A program made the translations under genes and the position numbers. From positions 52,841,220-52,867,324 of the forward strand of contig JANKJI020000002.1 in assembly GCA_024626585.2 (NCBI GenBank): a DNA stretch of 26,105 nt, in the 5' to 3' direction. Of this stretch, positions 10,847 through 22,599 are shown one piece after another. This stretch comes from Ginkgo biloba (lineage: Eukaryota > Plantae > Ginkgophyta). How positions within the stretch are numbered: position 1 is the first letter of the stretch; the number at the start of each line of letters is the position of its first letter. The notes beneath the pieces are model-generated. The model worked only from the letters and a program-made list of their open reading frames with translations. It was not told the origin of the DNA and did not search any database.

Positions 10847-12060
10847 AACTTTTATTAATTTTCTTAACTTTTGCTATGGAATAAATAATTAAAACCAACA
10901 GCTAACTGTGAGCCCCTTACCAAATGGATCTCCTAGCACGCCAACCTGCTGCAGCCAATCAATATCCAAGTTTAGCCACAGTTAGTTCATGGGTCAATCA
11001 ACGTCACTCAAGTTATGAACTAAATTTTAATTAATAATAGTTTGCCCGATAAGTCATTTGGGACAGTAAAGCTAAACTATAATTTAAAATTGTGGAAATC
11101 TTTACTGAAATTGCAGTTCTAAACTCAAACCCTTCTGCCAATCAGTGCAAGGTAATGTTAAAACTATATTTCAGTAACTGTGAATTGGCTGAGAAAATGA
11201 ATGCACTGAAACATTACCTGCTGTGCTGATTAAACATACAGCTGCTGCAGATAAGCCTCAAGCGCCTCCACACACACAAGATTACATCAAAGTGAATTCC
11301 AGTAAAGTTTTGTACGATGAGTTTAGACCACTAAAACAATTGATTTCACATTACGTACTGAGGGCATTTGTCCTTTCCTTGAACATGTTATGTTAAATCA
11401 GTTATCTGAAAAGTCCTACAGGCAGTTATGCACAATCAATTCAGCAAAGCAGTGTCCTGTCCCAGAATGGTGGCTGTTGATATAAAGGCAAACAAAAGTA
11501 TTAAGAAGTACTTGGTGGTGTATTCTATTAAACTTACTTTGAAGGTGAAATGCAATCCTTTTCCCTGCCCATCTACTATAACTTACATTATTACTCGCCG
11601 AACAGGCTTTTTATCTCCTGCTGACAGACCATCTTATAAGCAAATTCAATTTCACTAACATATAAAATGTTTGAAAAAGGCGTTTCCGCAATAGTGAATT
11701 CCATTAGTCTTTTAGCTGATTAATGCTAACAATTAATTGCTAGAGTTGTGTACCTAATCAAAGCAAAACAGAAAACTAAGCTTCTTGTCTCTGATGCTGA
11801 GATTTGTAATTACTTGAATTTCAATAATACGAGAAGCCTTCAAAACAAAATATAAAAGGTACTAATATTCTATTGAACACAAGCAGCTGTGGGAAAACTC
11901 TGCATGGACATTTAATTGTGCTGCCCTCAGACGTGTTCTTCTATCCTAAATCCTAATCCGNNNNNNNNNNNNNNNNNNNNNNNNNNNNNNNNNNNNNNNN
12001 NNNNNNNNNNNNNNNNNNNNNNNNNNNNNNNNNNNNNNNNNNNNNNNNNNNNNNNNNNNN

Positions 12061-12797
12061 AGTTTGACAAATTCATGTCAGTATCGGTTTGAAATTTTAT
12101 GTCGATGTTGATTTCACTAAATCCAATGACCAATATGACAAAAAATTCAATGACTAACATGACAATAAAAATTCGACGACCAACATCATAAAAAAATTTA
12201 ATGACTGATATCATAAATAAATATGATGATCAACATCATAAAGAAATCCAATGGACAACACGACCCAATCCAAGGGTAGACAAAAATTAAATTTACAAAG
12301 ATAAAACTGATAAAAACTAACAAGAAGAAAATTGACAAAGGGACTCCGAAAGGGAATAATTGACAATCTGACAAATGATCAGTTACACAATGGTTTTAAC
12401 TACCCATGTGGCTATAAAAAGAGAAAATNNNNNNNNNNNNNNNNNNNNNNNNNNNNNNNNNAGAGAATGACACATCCATAATAGAAAGCTAAAATATCTA
12501 TGCAAACAATAAGAGAAGTAGAATTAACGAAGTGTGAGAGAGTCACTAGTGATAGAAAAGATCCACACTTGGATTAGAGATAATTTGAATATGTATAGAT
12601 ATTGATTTGCATATCATCAACAAAGTCAAATACATATTTTCCTATATTTTTTTGCTACAAATAGTTCTTAATAATATTCTAGAGTTATCTTCCCCATGAG
12701 GGTTTCTCGAGTTCAAAAGTTTGTCTCTGTGTACAGACTTGTGTGTATTTCCAATTTTTTTCATTAAATTATCCAAATTTTAAATATTTCCCCAACA
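12061..12797 (+). mobile_element. LTR-like segment (tandem repeats, TATA box, CCCCATGAGGGTTTC motif, ends CCCAACA)
   Basis: CTATAAAAAG near 12412, a motif shared with the 5294-5869 element, and terminal CAACA at 12797. The left end is lost in a 100-N gap. Confidence 0.55.
12119..12266. repeat. ~25-bp minisatellite, about 6 diverged copies (consensus ~AAATYCAATGACCAACATSAYAAA)
   Basis: Units aaatccaatgaccaatatgaca, aaattcaatgactaacatgaca, aaattcgacgaccaacatcata, aatttaatgactgatatcata, atatgatgatcaacatcata, aaatccaatggacaacacgac. Confidence 0.8.
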
Positions 12798-12949
12798 TTT
12801 ATGTTTAGTATCCTTCATTATTGTTGAGTAACTTATGTTTACCTTATCGATATTTATTTGTCCTTTGTTAATCCTTAATGAACATTGTTACATCCCTCAA
12901 CCCATGTATGACGCTAGTGAATGTCTTTGATTATAAATACAACATATTA

Positions 12950-14330
12950 CTTCCCTTGAACCAAAAATATTAAAACATATACATACATCAATCAACTCCA
13001 ATTAATACTACATGTTATCCATTACATCATGTAACATTAAGTAATGTACAAAAGAATCATAGACAAAAGAAGTGTTTCTATTATAAAGATAATAGATGAT
13101 ATAGTAGAGGATTATTGATGGTGGACGTTCGCGAGCTCTGGCTCTGCTAGGGTTTACCCTGTAGAGGTTATGACGCACCAACTATTCTTCTCAATGGCCC
13201 CCCTTGGACTCTCTAGCATCCCTCTTGTGTTCCCCCTACAGTTGTGGTTCTTATGGGCATGGTAAGTATATTCTCTAGTGTACGGTGTCTTGGTAGTAGC
13301 TTCTTTTGGCATCTAGGGGCCCTTCGGCCAGAGCAACTCATTTTTCTCCTCTTTTCCTAGCCTAGGAACAATTTTGGTTGGTGCTTAGCTTACTTGGGGG
13401 GGGCAACCTTCTCTGTTTTCATACCCTATGGCTTCACTTGTTGTTTCTNNNNNNNNNNNNNNNNNNNNNNNNNNNNNNNNNNNNNNNNNNNNNNNNNNNN
13501 NNNNNNNNNNNNNNNNNNNNNNNNNNNNNNNNNNNNNNNNNNNNNNNNNNNNNNNNNNNNNNNNNNNNNNNNNNNNNNNNNNNNNNNNNNNNNNNNNNNN
13601 NNNNNNNNNNNNNNNNNNNNNNNNNNNNNNNNNNNNNNNNNNNNNNNNNNNNNNNNNNNNNNNNNNNNNNNNNNNNNNNNNNNNNNNNNNNNNNNNNNNN
13701 NNNNNNNNNNNNNNNNNNNNNNNNNNNNNNNNNNNNNNNNNNNNNNNNNNNNNNNNNNNNNNNNNNNNNNNNNNNNNNNNNNNNNNNNNNNNNNNNNNNN
13801 NNNNNNNNNNNNNNNNNNNNNNNNNNNNNNNNNNNNNNNNNNNNNNNNNNNNNNNNNNNNNNNNNNNNNNNNNNNNNNNNNNNNNNNNNNNNNNNNNNNN
13901 NNNNNNNNNNNNNNNNNNNNNNNNNNNNNNNNNNNNNNNNNNNNNNNNNNNNNNNNNNNNNNNNNNNNNNNNNNNNNNNNNNNNNNNNNNNNNNNNNNNN
14001 NNNNNNNNNNNNNNNNNNNNNNNNNNNNNNNNNNNNNNNNNNNNNNNNNNNNNNNNNNNNNNNNNTTGTAAATCTGGAGCAGTTTATTGTAAAAGGTTTG
14101 GGGACCTTTCAACACCCCTTCCATCCTAATAAAAATAATAATAGATGGTATAGTGGATAACATATAATCAATGGTGTAATAATTCTTATTCTTATTTTTT
14201 CCCATGATTGGTTGACTAATAAATTGAATTTGCTTACTCTTTCATCGAATTTGCAAGTTAAGAAGGTATAACTATCTTAAAAAGCCTTGGATTGTGTGTT
14301 ATCTACTTCAATTATGATTTCAATATCCTT
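12950..14330 (-). mobile_element. Ty3/gypsy-type protease remnant interrupted by the 13109-14137 insertion
   Basis: The right flank reads IEVDNTQSKAF*DS (~ALLDSG) and the left flank reads VVLIGVD* (~DVILGxDW). Order is consistent across the insertion. Very degenerate. Confidence 0.45.
13109..14137 (+). mobile_element. Non-LTR (LINE/SINE-type) retroinsertion with TSD, 3' stem-loop and A-rich tail
   Basis: Flanked by ATAATAGATGATATAGTAGA (13089-13108) and ATAATAGATGGTATAGTGGA (14138-14157), 18/20 identical. The 3' end has an AAAGGT-ttgggg-ACCTTT hairpin then AATAAAAATAAT. The centre (617 nt) is N. Confidence 0.8.
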
Positions 14331-15839
14331 CAACTAGGAATAGTTATGCAAGGCCCTCTTATACTCTTTATTTTTCTTAGTCTATTACTAAAAATCAATA
14401 TTCTATTCTCATATATGTACTTCATATTCTCTTTTTTACTTGTTCACTTTCCTTTATTGGATTTATAGATCCTTTCCATGAGAATGGTAAAAATATAAAG
14501 TGTGATTTTAAAATTGTTTTTAAATCTTTTTAAATTTAAAGTGGACAAAAGGCATTCTAATATATTTGATTGCTTCTTATACAAAATAAATCTGACAAAC
14601 TTGTGTTATTTATAAAATTCTTATAGTTATACATCCTATTGATTCTTTATAATCTCTATGATTATTTACCATATCGATTCTTTTTAATCACTATATTTTT
14701 TTTCATGTGCTTTGTTACAATTAAAATATTATGGATGGGTGGGATTAACTTGAATTTGTTAGTATATTATTAGTTAATTACCATTTAATTAGTGTAATGG
14801 ATTAATTTTAGTGTGATTATTCCCTTTCTCTTAAGTGGACTGATTTCTATTACCTTTACTTTCTTAAGATTTACATTAGTCTTAGATTGATTTAATTTGT
14901 GATTTGTTCAATTTGTTGAAGATGTCAATTGATCTCATTAAAGGTTATTTAATGATCTCATTTGAATGGAAGAATGCATTTTGCCTTATTTATAGGTTGT
15001 ACAATATTTTATCTTCAAATAAGTATGTCTGATGGTGCCTTTATTTTATTTTATATCTCCCTTACCCTAGTTAGAAAATAAAGATAAATTTTGGTCCTCT
15101 TCTTATGATGGAAGAAAAGTAGTGATATGGTGATTATTTGGCTTGATGTTCTTTCCTTATTTTATTAACTTGTATTTCTTGATCAACATAAGATGATATC
15201 TTGATCATGCAAATAAGGACTTCCAATTAATATACTTGTACAATCTAATAGAAAAATATCATATAGTTTTTCATCAGTGAAAGAGGATTGAATTAACAAT
15301 CGTAATTTATCTTATTGGGTTATTGAGAATTGGTGTATAATATTTATTCATCAAAGCTCATATGAAGCAAATATATAGTAGTCACAAGACTTACATATAT
15401 CATTAATTCATTTGAAATCAAGTTACCTTGGCCTTTGGCATTATATATGATAATATCTAATTATTTTAAAATTGAGATATTAGGATCAAAAAATCTGTTC
15501 CTATCTTGCTTAGCCCTTAATTAGTGATGAGCCAAAGTGGGATAAGCACTTAGAGGGGAGGACATAAATGCCTACTCCTAAGAGAGATTAAGTATTAAAT
15601 TGCTCAAATATTTTGTTATGAGGATAATTATTTAAAAGTGATATGATATGTACACTCATCTAACTTTTAATATCTAGAATCATTTTAAATGGATTCGTAT
15701 GTTTCTCTTATTTTTGAGATGTTTAATAAAATCACATGCNNNNNNNNNNNNNNNNNNNNNNNNNNNNNNNNNNNNNNNNNNNNNNNNNNNNNNNNNNNNN
15801 NNNNNNNNNNNNNNNNNNNNNNNNNNNNNNNNNNNNNNN

Positions 15840-16170
15840 ATGTCCAGGCGACTTATCTTTGTGCATACTTTTTAGGGCTTCATGAATTTCGTTGAGGAAG
15901 AGTGTTTTTTCACAAGCCATATAATCAGGGCCTTGAACCTTATGTGGTACCACACCCTCACACAGTTGAATAATAGATTCCCGACTGGCAGTGATACCAA
16001 CCGATGAAAAAATCTCCAGTAGTTGTAAGCATTTTGATATGTTATAGACTCATATAAATTTAGAATAAATCCTGCACATATAAATTCCAAATTCTTGAAT
16101 TTCCAAAATACTTTATTTTTCTTGTTCTACTGTTTAGGATCATTATTGAACATTCCTGCTTTTGGCATAC
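15840..16170 (-). mobile_element. L1 LINE ORF2 fragment (region just upstream of RT core)
   Basis: NEIHEALKSMHKDKSPGH matches the L1 EIxxALxxMxxxKSPGxDG motif. Upstream GFILNLYE resembles FYxxLY. It runs into a 100-N gap. Confidence 0.75.
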
Positions 16171-16174
16171 CAAT

Positions 16175-17261
16175 TGGTATTAGAGAAAGTTCTCTCTTTG
16201 GGTAATAAGTTAAAATTTTATTTATTTTTACACTAATATATTTTATATTCTCTATTACAAGAATTGTATGAGATCTATAAGTCAATCTATAGATTTCTCA
16301 TAGAAGGAGAACATATGCCATTAAAGAGAGTACTAAAGATAATTATCTCCATGGCAAGTCTATTTATGATAGTAAAATCTTTAGATGGTAAACACGATTA
16401 ATTAAATAATCAGTCATGCAAAAGGAACCATTGATGATAGTTCAAATCAATTTTTAAACATGTTGAGACAAATGATGCATGATTAATTTCAAACCTATAA
16501 GATGGTTAATGAATTTTATTAGTGTAGTTTTAAGTACAAGGAGCACCTCAAAGTTCTCAATTAGTATTAGTCGCACCCATTGAAATAGTTTCTTATTATG
16601 TTCATTGGCCCCACCAAACCTTCCTACACAACCTCTTCTTTATTAAATCCCCTTAAAGATTACCATTTAGGTCTTTGATGGGAAGATACATGTAGAAAAT
16701 CTAGAATCATGGATTTAAGCTTTGGAAGATTACTATTCATGCTGTGCATATTCTAATGAGTTGAAGATTACTTTTTTTAGAATTAAAATGATAAGAAAAT
16801 AATTTCTATAGTGAGATTCATATTTCTCAAATGGAGAAAAAGATAAAAATACACCTATCACATCTTAGAATTAATTCAAGAAGTATCCAAGGCATAATTT
16901 CTATCCCCTTNNNNNNNNNNNNNNNNNNNNNNNNNNNNNNNNNNNNNNNNNNNNNNNATTATAATGAGTTTTATGAATTGGCCATCTGTTAGAGGTCAAC
17001 GATATTAAGGAGAAGATGGTTTTAAAATTCATTGAGGCCTCCACTATCTATTTTTCAATGAAGCAGAGTTATTTCCTTTCTACTCTATACATGAGACATA
17101 ATTTTGAGATAGGAAAAACTTCCTTATATTCATTTAATTCTAAAGGAAAAGAAGATAATTTTCATAGCAAGAAGAGAAAGAATAACTATGATAGTAATAA
17201 ACAATGTAATCAATATAAGAGGATTGGCCATGATAAATCAAATTGTGAAAAAACTTCATAA
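16175..17261 (+). mobile_element. Ty3/gypsy 5' part: degenerate PBS and gag pseudogene
   Basis: TGGTATTAGAG at 16175 is the tRNAiMet PBS with one C>T. From ~16650 it reads VFDGKIHVENLESWI*ALEDYY...KITFFRIKM, then ...FYPL and the zinc knuckle CNQYKRIGHDKSNC. Confidence 0.75.
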
Positions 17262-17561
17262 AAAAAAAGTGCGAGGATCTCTTTATTAGAAAGCCAAGAA
17301 GAAAAATAAGAATAAGAATAATTATGAGAAACATAAAACATTTAAAAATGACCTAATAAACTATATATAGGATAGTTTCAAAGGTCATTCATAACTTGTC
17401 AATTAGAAGAAATGGTAACATTTGTAGAAAACTATAATCTATGCTTAAACTACACAATATAATGATACCTATCATAATAAAACTATTATATACATTGATT
17501 CATATTAATTCTCTCATTTGTAAGTTTCTAAATTTAAATTAACATAGTTCCAAATAAATCA

Positions 17562-17672
17562 TAATCCTATTAAGATGACTACATGTATCAACAAAACTAA
17601 ATCATAGTCATAGGATTATTGTTCTTAATTGGATTTAATCCTACTAAGATGACCATATGTATCAATAAAGCT
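17562..17672 (-). repeat. Two ~37-bp direct repeats 74 bp apart, possibly twin zinc-knuckle remnants of another gag
   Basis: TAATCCTAYTAAGATGACYAYATGTATCAAYAAARCT at 17562 and 17636. Minus-strand translations DTYGHLSR and DTCSHLNR resemble the GHxxxxC part of CCHC. Confidence 0.55.
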
Positions 17673-19871
17673 TTGATTCATTCTAATTTCTCATTTGGGG
17701 TGTGCATTTCTCTATTGAATCTTTCTCCTCTACATTTTTGTTCAACTTGATAGTAGATACATGTCTTTATAATGCTACAGCATTACTAACATATATCCTC
17801 TTCCTTTACTTGGATGCTTCCTTTTGCAATTAACTTACTAGCAACTTATTTTAATTATTTAATTTGCTCTTCCATTTTCTTCATTTTATTTTTAGCTATA
17901 GTTAAACGAGTTATAACATCTAGGAGATTCTTCTTTANNNNNNNNNNNNNNNNNNNNNNNNNNNNNNNNNNNNNNNNNAACTTTGTTTAGAATTCCAAAT
18001 CATGGATAGTTTGAATATTTGCATCTTTCACTAGGTAATTTAGTAAGCATGCTAAACATTTGAGGCTATTTTAGTTGGCTTTCTAACTGTGTCACTGTTA
18101 TTTTAAGTTCTCATTCTCTTAAGTTAGTTGATTGTTGGTTAACCTCTTAAAAGTTGGATATATGTCTACAAGATAATAACATTCCTATGTCTCAAAATTC
18201 TTTTCTTTAGAATTTTTCTCATTTGCTTATCTAGAAGGCCCTATAACTGGTTGGGATAAGGTAATAAATAGTTGAGGTGGGTAGTAGATGGCCCACTCTA
18301 TTATCCTTTAAGGACAATATTTATCATCATTCAATTTAAACTAAGATGGAGTGCTTCCTTATCTTTCCCTTTCTTTTATCTAGTTAGGTTTTTGTCTGTA
18401 TCATCTTGAAGAAACAAAGACATGTCTATAACTCTCCCCTCTTCCAAGTAATAAAAAATATAAAATGAGGAGTGTACAACTAGGTGGGATGTTATCTCAT
18501 GAACATAATTTTGGAGATAAGTTAATCAAGATAGTCTTAGGGCGCAAGGACAAGTTTCAATAACATTCCAAAAATAATATTAACTCCTCTTGGGGTGACC
18601 AACGTTATTAGTAGGTCATGAATTGTCAACCTTGGAGTTCATAAACTTAGAGAAGTATGAGAGTCAAAATACTAATCTAATTGCTTTAAGTGCATATAGA
18701 GGATCCATCTCAAAAAATTCACTTACAATTACAATTCAAAGAACTAATAGAAATATTTNNNNNNNNNNNNNNNNNNNNNNNNNNNNNNNNNNNNNNNNNN
18801 NNNNNNNNNNNNNNNNNNNNNNNNNNNNNNNNNNNNNNNNNNNNNNNNNNNNNNNNNNNNNNNNNNNNNNNNNNNNNNNNNNNNNNNNNNNNNNNNNNNN
18901 NNNNNNNNNNNNNNNNNNNNNNNNNNNNNNNNNNNNNNNNNNNNNNNNNNNNNNNNNNNNNNNNNNNNNNNNNNNNNNNNNNNNNNNNNNNNNNNNNNNN
19001 NNNNNNNNNNNNNNNNNNNNNNNNNNNNNNNNNNNNNNNNNNNNNNNNNNNNNNNNNNNNNNNNNNNNNNNNNNNNNNNNNNNNNNNNNNNNNNNNNNNN
19101 NNNNNNNNNNNNNNNNNNNNNNNNNNNNNNNNNNNNNNNNNNNNNNNNNNNNNNNNNNNNNNNNNNNNNNNNNNNNNNNNNNNNNNNNNNNNNNNNNNNN
19201 NNNNNNNNNNNNNNNNNNNNNNNNNNNNNNNNNNNNNNNNNNNNNNNNNNNNNNNNNNNNNNNNNNNNNNNNNNNNNNNNNNNNNNNNNNNNNNNNNNNN
19301 NNNNNNNNNNNNNNNNNNNNNNNNNNNNNNNNNNNNNNNNNNNNNNNNNNNNNNNNNNNNNNNNNNNNNNNNNNNNNNNNNNNNNNNNNNNNNNNNNNNN
19401 NNNNNNNNNNNNNNNNNNNNNNNNNNNNNNNNNNNNNNNNNNNNNNNNNNNNNNNNNNNNNNNNNNNNNNNNNNNNNNNNNNNNNNNNNNNNNNNNNNNN
19501 NNNNNNNNNNNNCAGCACACGTATTAAGAACATCAAGTTTATTTTGGATTTCTTGTATTAAATAACCTTATTATATGCATAAAGGTTTAAAAATTAAACC
19601 TAGATTTATTAAGTGTGATTACCTGCAACTTTTTAGTTTTGTCATCTCCATTAGACAAGCTTGAAATTTTTTTTTATTCATTTGCTAAATAATAATGCCC
19701 CTATATCTATTATTCTTAGCACACCGAAGTTGGTAGATTTACTATATTAATTTTACAGTAGTGCCATGGATATTTTGAGTATGTGATATTTTTCATCGTT
19801 GGGAGAAACAATTATAAAAAAATTAAAAGTGAGATTCCTTTTTAAATAGTGAAAATCTATGAGGACAAGTT

Positions 19872-19966
19872 AGGAAAAGTTTTGCCTTATAAAAGGAAAT
19901 ATAACTCAAATCACTAATCTTGGAAAGGAAAAGGTTTTCCTTGTAAAAGGAAATAAAACTTGAATC
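19872..19966. repeat. 54-bp-period direct repeat (2 copies)
   Basis: aggaaaagttttgccttataaaaggaaatataactcaaatc versus aggaaaaggttttccttgtaaaaggaaataaaacttgaatc. Confidence 0.8.
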
Positions 19967-21669
19967 CTTTCTAAGATTAATATTCATGCGTTGAGCCTAC
20001 ATCTACTTTCTAATAAAATTTCTTTCCTGACATTTGTCTACAACCTTTGCATCTAGGTCTGAATAATGTACCCTAAGCATTAACCACAAATAATTTAAAT
20101 CATAAGGGATATGATTTAGGAGCCCTAAAACTTGGGACCCCTCAAGGGACTCCCCATGCTATCAATGAGTTTTCACTAAACTATGAACACCAACTTCTAT
20201 CCTGGTAGGAAATGGCATTAATAAAGGGTTGGGAAGATTATAATTCTTGATTTAAGTAGTCCCAACATCTTGAATACATTCAATAAAGTCACCACATCAT
20301 GAGAGAGCCGATTGATAAGTTCACATATTGTATGTCTCTTGACCCTGTAATGCCTAAGACTTTATAAATTCCCCAATACTTACTGGAACACCTATAAGAG
20401 CACTATCCTCTAATAGGCCCTTTTGATCATTCCACATCTTAATCACCAAATTATCTTATTATGATAAGCCTCCCATGCTCTTAAGGCCGTCAAATGCTCT
20501 ATATACTAATTGATTTCTCTATCACTAGCTAAATGATTACCTTTCACTTTCACAAGTGAACATCCCCCATCAATACACTAGGATAAAATCCATCATCTTC
20601 TTTAAGCAAAGAACCTACATCATACATCTCTGCGTATAAATTTTGGTCATGTGTACCTTCATCTTTCCAAAAAATCNNNNNNNNNNNNNNNNNNNNNNNN
20701 NNNNNNNNNNNNNNNNNNNNNNNNNNNNNNNNNNNNNNNNNNNNNNNNNNNNNNNNNNNNNNNNNNNNNNNNNNNNGGTTTCAATATATGTAATGGTACA
20801 AAAAACTAAATCTCAAAAAATATAGGTACACACTGACTCATAACAAATGATAGATTTGCTATTAAGGGTGTTAATACTTAAGTAACCAGAACTCCCAGTT
20901 CTCCTTATTTCCTCCTTATCTCGACCTTGACTTCTTGTTACACGATACACCAATAACAGGTCGGTTTTGTTCTGATGATCAATTCTATGTATGAATGTGC
21001 AATAACTTCGTGGGAGAGTATTCCCACTGCAGAGAAAACTAAAAAGAAAGAAGAAGAAGAAGTATTTTACAAAAATGATTTTATTTTAAGTTGCGAAAAT
21101 TATTTGATTTTATGAGAAATTTTTATGTTTTTATGGTTTTAGACAAAAATAGTATCTTCGGTCACTTCGTAAGGTGTTGAAATCTTCAATGGATATCCAA
21201 TTTTTCAGTTTACACACAAGTAGTTAGCATACCATCCATATAACTTTATCCAAAAGATAGAGAATAAAAAATGCCATCTAATAATATTTTTAATTTTTAG
21301 ATCTGAATGTATGGGTGTTGGAAAAATAAATTAAGCCCTTTTTTCATATGAAAGTGCCTATATTTTTAAATTCCAAGAATTCAAAAGTTATCGAATTTGA
21401 TTAAATTTAATGTGAACTTTGAACTTAAAAAAAAATAAATTTATATGTTTAATTTTTTGAATTTTGTTTGGCGTTGTCGATGATGTTGCGCTTCATTCCG
21501 CAAAATTTGTCAAATTCAAATATTTGTCCACAGATGCGATCCAACATCCATCGCTTTCGCTGCGCCTTTCATCTAGAGATCTGCATTCTAAGATCTTCGA
21601 CGTCATACAGAGGTCTTCGACAATTCTTTCTTCGGATCTGCACCACCTCATCAAGACCTGCGCAACACC

Positions 21670-22250
21670 ACGGCGAGCTCCCAACAACCCTCTCGTGGCA
21701 TTTTTCTATCGTGATGGCACCTCTCAATCTTTGAACGACACCATCAACTACGGCTCTCGTTTGATCACGAATGTCTCTGCACTCTCCCACAAACAAACGG
21801 ACACCCTCGACCACTAAACACAATGGAGTTTTACCTGCAAGCCTGCCGTCACCTATAATCACACACAATGGCATTTCCAAGGAGTTTAAACAACTGGGCA
21901 ACAGCTTAGTGGTTCCATGGCTCCTTCCCGATTTTGAATGTTATATTACATTCAAAGTCCTATACTAGACTCATGATTGGCTTCAAGAGACTCACGGTCC
22001 TCAAATAGTGAACGAAGACTTGCACCTGTTCCGTGTGACGTTCCCCTCAGCATGTGTTTTCAACGATGGCCTCTTGAAGGCCCACACTCCACTCAACTTG
22101 AAATCGAATGCGACCCCCCTAGAATTTCCCACTATTGTAACGGCCTCTAGACACTCCAAAGGATCTAATCACCCTCTCTATGATCCTTGATGAAGCCATC
22201 TGACCCTCCTCAACCTACAACAAGGAGACATGACACTACAAAGAAGCAAC
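21670..22250 (+). mobile_element. Ty1/copia gag N-terminal remnant (Retrotran_gag_3/UBN2_3-like), frameshifted
   Basis: Collinear motifs PNNP, SQSLNDTINYGS..SALSHK (~SQxLxGxNYxxW..ALxxK), NGVLP, NSLVVPWLL (~NxMVxSWLL), HGPQI (~NGPRI) and LNLQQGDMT (~LxQGxxS). Confidence 0.6.
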
Positions 22251-22599
22251 AAGGCTATTGCAACCTTGCAACAGCATTTGATTTCATTTTTGCTACAAAA
22301 AAAATCAAGTTTAGCCTAAGTTTTGTTGGTAAAAATGGGTGACCCAGTGGGACCCACTTAAACCAATTGATGGTTAATTCTTATTCATTAATAACGCATG
22401 CATTAATTACACATACATAGATAAATTCATGAAAACCTCAAAAGTATTTGTGGGGTACAAAGGAATCTTCATTAATAATCATGATAGTACANNNNNNNNN
22501 NNNNNNNNNNNNNNNNNNNNNNNNNNNNNNNNNNNNNNNNNNNNNNNNNNNNNNNNNNNNNNNNNNNNNNNNNNNNNNNNNNNNNNNNNNNGTGCTAGC

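Noticed and set aside
11943-11960. TCCTAAATCCTAAT telomere-like repeat beside a gap
   Set aside because: Only two imperfect units; insufficient for an interstitial telomere call.
12119-12266. CRISPR-like array
   Set aside because: Units are contiguous with no unique spacers, and the context is eukaryotic.
21464-21901. GC-rich ORFs as the GLX first exon or transit peptide
   Set aside because: Minus-strand translations are not transit-peptide-like or GLX-like, and the plus strand fits copia gag motifs.
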